DNA from: Anolis carolinensis
Taxonomy: Eukaryota
Reading direction: 5' to 3'
DNA length: 64,000 nucleotides
NCBI RefSeq assembly: GCF_035594765.1
Contig: NC_085846.1
Location: 7,551,190-7,615,189 of the forward strand
In this document: piece after piece, positions 59,401-64,000 of the stretch
How the letters are laid out: the number at the start of each line of letters is the position of its first letter
How positions within the stretch are numbered: the stretch's first letter is position 1
The notes under the pieces: generated by a model
What the model saw: the letters and a program-made list of their open reading frames with translations, nothing else
Told to the model about the DNA's origin: nothing
Database searches by the model: none
Position numbers and translations under genes: made by a program

Positions 59401-62400
59401 AAGATACCAAAGTCAAAATAATATTAACCAATAAACATATTTAAAAATGTATCATTAAATATACACAACAGTACAATATGGTACATTATTTTGGTGAGAT
59501 GGACCTTATATAGTCAATCATCAAACAACTCTCTAAACAGAAAAGTCTCTACATGTCTGCAAAAAGAAAATAGGGTCCATGCAATAGTAAACTTGGCCAC
59601 AGAAGAATCCCACTTTTTCCTGTATTAGCTTTGTTTCTAGCACTATTCACTGCACACACTATAAGGCAACTTGTCACTGTCTGTACTTCTCCAACCTTCT
59701 TTCAGCATCCTCCCAATGCTTCTGATAAAAATGTCCAACTACACAGAGGATAAGGAATATCAAGGAGGGGGTTGGGTGGGTAGACAATGAATCTTCAGTC
59801 TGAGACTTTGTTAACAGAGGCATATCTGTTTCTACTTCAACAAAAACATACAGAGATTCAGTAGCAACTAGAAGTAACTGAAATTGACAAGCACATTGAC
59901 AATTTCATCAGTAAGAAAGAAACTATGAAAATGAATAAAATTTGGTACCACTTGAAAAACACCAGAATCAAAACAGTAACAAGTCAGACACAGGAGACCT
60001 CCAGGTAACAAGCATTCGAGGACTAGTGAACACCCTCAGACAAAGGATGTGTTCAAGCAATAAACAATTCAAAAGGACCAAAGGCCAGGCTACTTCTAGG
60101 CAGATGCCCTTACTATAACTTTCTTAGTTACTCACATCCTAATGGAGGGATCCCACTCAAATATTTGCAAATTCAAGCTTGCTAATTGCAACCTTCACAT
60201 TTGGTTAACAGACACTGGTTCTTTTCCCCCATCCTGGACACCCGACAGGGATATATATACTCCACTTGCTTTACCACCATCAGAATGGCCAGCCACAGCT
60301 ACTAGAACATGGGCATAAAGCCTGGAAACCACACAACACCCCAACTGTGATTTAATTTGGAATGGGACAAAGTGTGATATTCCAGAAGTTGGACTGCAAT
60401 TCCCATCAGCGGGCGGAGAAGACTGGGAGCCATAGTATAACAACATGTTGAATATCAGACTTTGCTCACTTTTGACATGGGCCCCTTCCACACAGCTGTA
60501 TAAAATCCACATTGAACTGCATTCTCTGCCTTGATATTCTGGGTTATATGGCTGTGTGGAAGGGCCCTTAGAATGCAATTGAATTAAGTGAATAACTGTT
60601 CAATATCTCTAAGTGTATTACATGAATTGTTCCACAAATAAGAGGAATAAAAATCTGTTACAAGTGAGATTCCTCAAAGGCAAGAAGTCCAAGCAGTTCC
60701 CCAAAATGAACTTTCAGGTTAAAATCAAATACTGTTCAAGATTCATGAGGCTGAAAGAAAAGTATACACACTTTACTGTCGATGAAGGTGATGCCATCTT
60801 GGTGCCCAGCCAGAATCCCCACTGGTCGGGGGTCATCCTCCCTCATGGTGCGGCGGTCCCATACTTTGCAAATGGCATCGTCGCCCCCAGAGAATAAGAT
60901 GTGGGAACTGGTGTCTGCAAAGGCCACGGCATTCACATCATCTTCATGGGATTCAATCTGGGGAGGCAAAGGGCAGAAAATGTTCTACAATGCTGACAGG
61001 TACTACATGCCATGCCACACACACACACACATTTAGAAACAAGGACCTTAGCAAATTCTGCAAGAAACAATCCCAATAAATTTGATTAAAGCAGTCAAAG
61101 GAACAGACCACAGCTCAATGGAACATGTGCTTTCACATTTCAGTTCTAGTTATTTCCAGTTTTTAAGAAGAGAGGAAGCGGAAGAGATCCACCATCCTTG
61201 TCCTGGATTAATGGGATAAGTACAAGTAAGCACATAGAAGATTTGGTCACCAACAATCTTTATTTATTTATAAGGAAGTTCAGATGTGGGAGAAAATATA
61301 GAGACATTTATCAAGATATCTGGTATTTTAAAAATGAATTCTGTTTTAATGCCTTCTTCATTTTAAAAAAAGGATTATGTATTTATTTAAAATAAATGAC
61401 ACTTATAAGAAATAGAACTTAAAAGTGGTCATTAAAAAAAGAAGGCACAAGAGGAAAAAAGAGACAGGATCAGGAAGCAAATGAGATTAGGAAGTGGAAC
61501 AAGGATGCAACAATGAAACAGCAGAACAAAATACCTTGAGTGTCCGTTTATTCTGCTCCATGTCAAACACATAGACGCAGCCATAGTTGGCCCTAGGTTT
61601 AAAACCAAATCAAGTGTGTGAATAGGGGGGAGGGGAAACAACGTAACACAGGATGGAAGCAGAAACACAGATCCATAAAGCTAAAACTGGGCTACATTTT
61701 TACATCAGAAAAGTCCCTGTAAAGTAGGGACAGAAATTCAAGTACTCTTCAGATGTTATTTATTTATTCAATTTATATACTGCTCTTCTCCCCCAGGAAA
61801 ACTGCATTTCTCACTGTTAGCTGACCAGCACGAAGAACATTGTAATTCAGTAATATCTGATTATTTTAGAGCAGAGTTCAGCAAAGTGTGGAATTTTCAA
61901 TAAATACAGGGCAATGCAAGTTCTGGTATTTGTATGCAATTTTTTAAAAGAAAGACCTTGCAAAGTAAACACAATCCCTCAACATTTTGAATTTGTATTG
62001 CTTTGTCCTGACATCAGTATGAGAGGGGGTCATTTTGCACCAAATAGCAAGCACGACAGAGCTCTTGGTGAAGGGGAGTCACATAGCAAAAGATTCCCAG
62101 AGTCTTCTTGTCCAAAGGGAAGGCAAGAAAGAGACTAAAACACCTGCACTACTACAGAAGAACCAGCTCTTGTTTAGCTTAGATCAGATTCAGGTGCCAT
62201 CTTGGTCAAAGCAGAAAAGTTCACACATCTTCATGAGAGAAGGAGTGGCTTCAGGAACAGCTAAGGCCAAATCTCACTTACCCACCAAGCACTTCTCTTC
62301 CATCTGAGGAGACGGCAAGGGAAAAGACAGCAAAGCGGCGCTCATCCGGTCTGTGAAAAAGAGAAAAACATTGGAACTAGATGTAGTACTTCTCTCATTC

Positions 62401-62718
62401 AATCGGAATGACTGGGCTACCCTCCATACCTCAGATCCAGTGCTGTGTGGGTATCAGTCTCACCATAAATGTTGCAAATGTGAACTAAGGAAGAGAAAGA
62501 AAGGGTCAAGGGACCTCGGGGGGCTAACACAGAACTCTGTTCCCCCCTTCCTGGTAGTTAGCCACACTCACTGTAATCTGACCAGCTGGAATAAAGGAAA
62601 TGGGCCCCATCAGGAGTGAAGGCTACATCCAAAACGCTCCAACCAACATCTCGGGCTTTGACGCTCCTAAACTTCCGGAATGCTCCATAGGCGCAATCAT
62701 ATAAGCGGATTCTCTGAT
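55948..62718 (-). CDS. DCAF11: DDB1- and CUL4-associated factor 11 (WDR23), last 9 coding exons; 5' part lies beyond the right end
   Basis: Exons (minus): 62718-62572 (KARDVGWSVLDVAFTPDG), 62484-62430, 62350-62282, 61592-61535, 60957-60772 (GGDDAICKVWDRR), 58552-58399 (SKDQTIKLWDMRK), 58253-58101, 57631-57525 (GC donor), 56076-55948 (WDGNIRLW..AAEQ*). WD40 repeats with WDxR motifs. Confidence 0.96.
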
Positions 62719-64000
62719 CTGAAGAAAAAGATTTGGGTAGCAAAGAAAGAAGATTTTTGCCCACAAGTCGAAGCAACCTAGATAGCCACATACACACAAC
62801 CTGATATTTAATCATGTAGCATTGGCTAGGATACCAAATGTAGAAACAAAATAATGGGAGAATTATCTTAGTGCATTACTATGAATGCTGATGGATTCTG
62901 AGAGTTTGCTTATCGCAGTAGAAAACAGATGCTGCTTTTGGTATGGGTGAAACTAAAAAGCCTGTACTTTTCATTTATCTAATCATGAAGTCTTTTCCTA
63001 AACCATGATAAACCCATAAACAGAATATGACTTCAAGACTACCATTCTTCTTGATGCTGTATCATTTTAAGTGGGGACAGGGGGAGTTGTAGATTTCACA
63101 CAGATAACCTGTCAGGCTGTTCACCCACCCCTTGCAGCCATTTGACCAGAAATGATATAGAGATTAACAGTTAAAAGATTACTCATTTGTAAAATATATA
63201 CCACCCCAATGTTTAATCTCAACAAAGGGAATCTGATAAGAAATGGGTTTTATTGTTTTTTTAAAAAAATAAATAAATTGGTCAGATTAACTCATCCAAA
63301 GAACCAATTTTTAAGAAATTCTACATATTTTTTAATTTTTTAAATTTCTATTAAAATTTACGAACGTAATAAATACACACAGTATTGTATCATACACAAT
63401 ACCACATATAAGGCAATTCTTTTGCCCACGTCCTATACAAAGTTGATCCCTATCCCACTCACCCATGCACCCACCACCTTGACTTCTATCCCTAGTCACT
63501 ATGATGCCTATAACAATTCCTATTTACCCTTTTAGCCATAAATTCCTCTTGGGGCTTTATATAATTCACTTCTTCACTCTCCTTCCAGATATTTACATCT
63601 CTTTAAGAACTCTTCATTGTTTTTACTCGCCAAATTATTGGATAACTTGGCCATTTGTATATAATCCATCACTTTAATCTCTCCAACCCTTTTTGGTTAG
63701 TGCTTTTTCCCCTTTCTAATTTCTAATAATTGTCAATCTTGTGGCTGAAAAATTGTATTGGCATATTTATCATCCCAGTTGGTGCCTTCCCTAAATAAGC
63801 CCAGCAGGTTTTTAAAAACCTTATTGCTCAACATCAAAGGGCAAAAAGGAAGATTTATTTTTTTGGGAAATCAGAACACCAGTTCAACTTCCACACTGTT
63901 TTAAAACTGATAAATAAGTCATGCTGCATTTCATGATCCAGTAAAAAGTTGTCCCATGGATCTTCACAAGGAAAATTGTTAAAATTTTGTGACAGTGTCT

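Noticed and set aside
63270-64000. Possible further DCAF11 exon
   Set aside because: No open frame with WD40-like sequence; AT-rich, resembles a decayed L1-like fragment (as does ~1040-1450), too weak to call.

Overview
Vertebrate genomic DNA, most likely a squamate reptile (Anolis-like; inferred from Sauria SINE, Penelope, Vingi, R4/Dong and hAT/pogo MITE content). It carries the gene block syntenic with human 14q11.2-q12: RNF31/HOIP (5' part, minus) <- shared promoter region -> PSME2 (+), EMC9 (+), PSME1 (-), FITM1 (-) and the 3' part of DCAF11 (-). All coding exons were traced by hand with consistent splice phases. Introns are dense with transposons. Notable observations: (1) minimal hammerhead-ribozyme motifs in Penelope pseudo-LTRs, three of them intact and sense within PSME1 introns, plus a 6-unit head-to-tail array of the motif; (2) two unrelated ~2.3-kb tandem arrays beside the first exons of the two PA28 paralogues, one splitting the RNF31/PSME2 head-to-head promoter; (3) a palindromic hAT MITE just behind the first exon of several adjacent genes; (4) Tyr in place of the conserved C3 histidine of FITM1; (5) a GC-AG intron in DCAF11. 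There are two assembly gaps (15519-15671, 23419-23558). Transposon family names come from motif recall, not database search.
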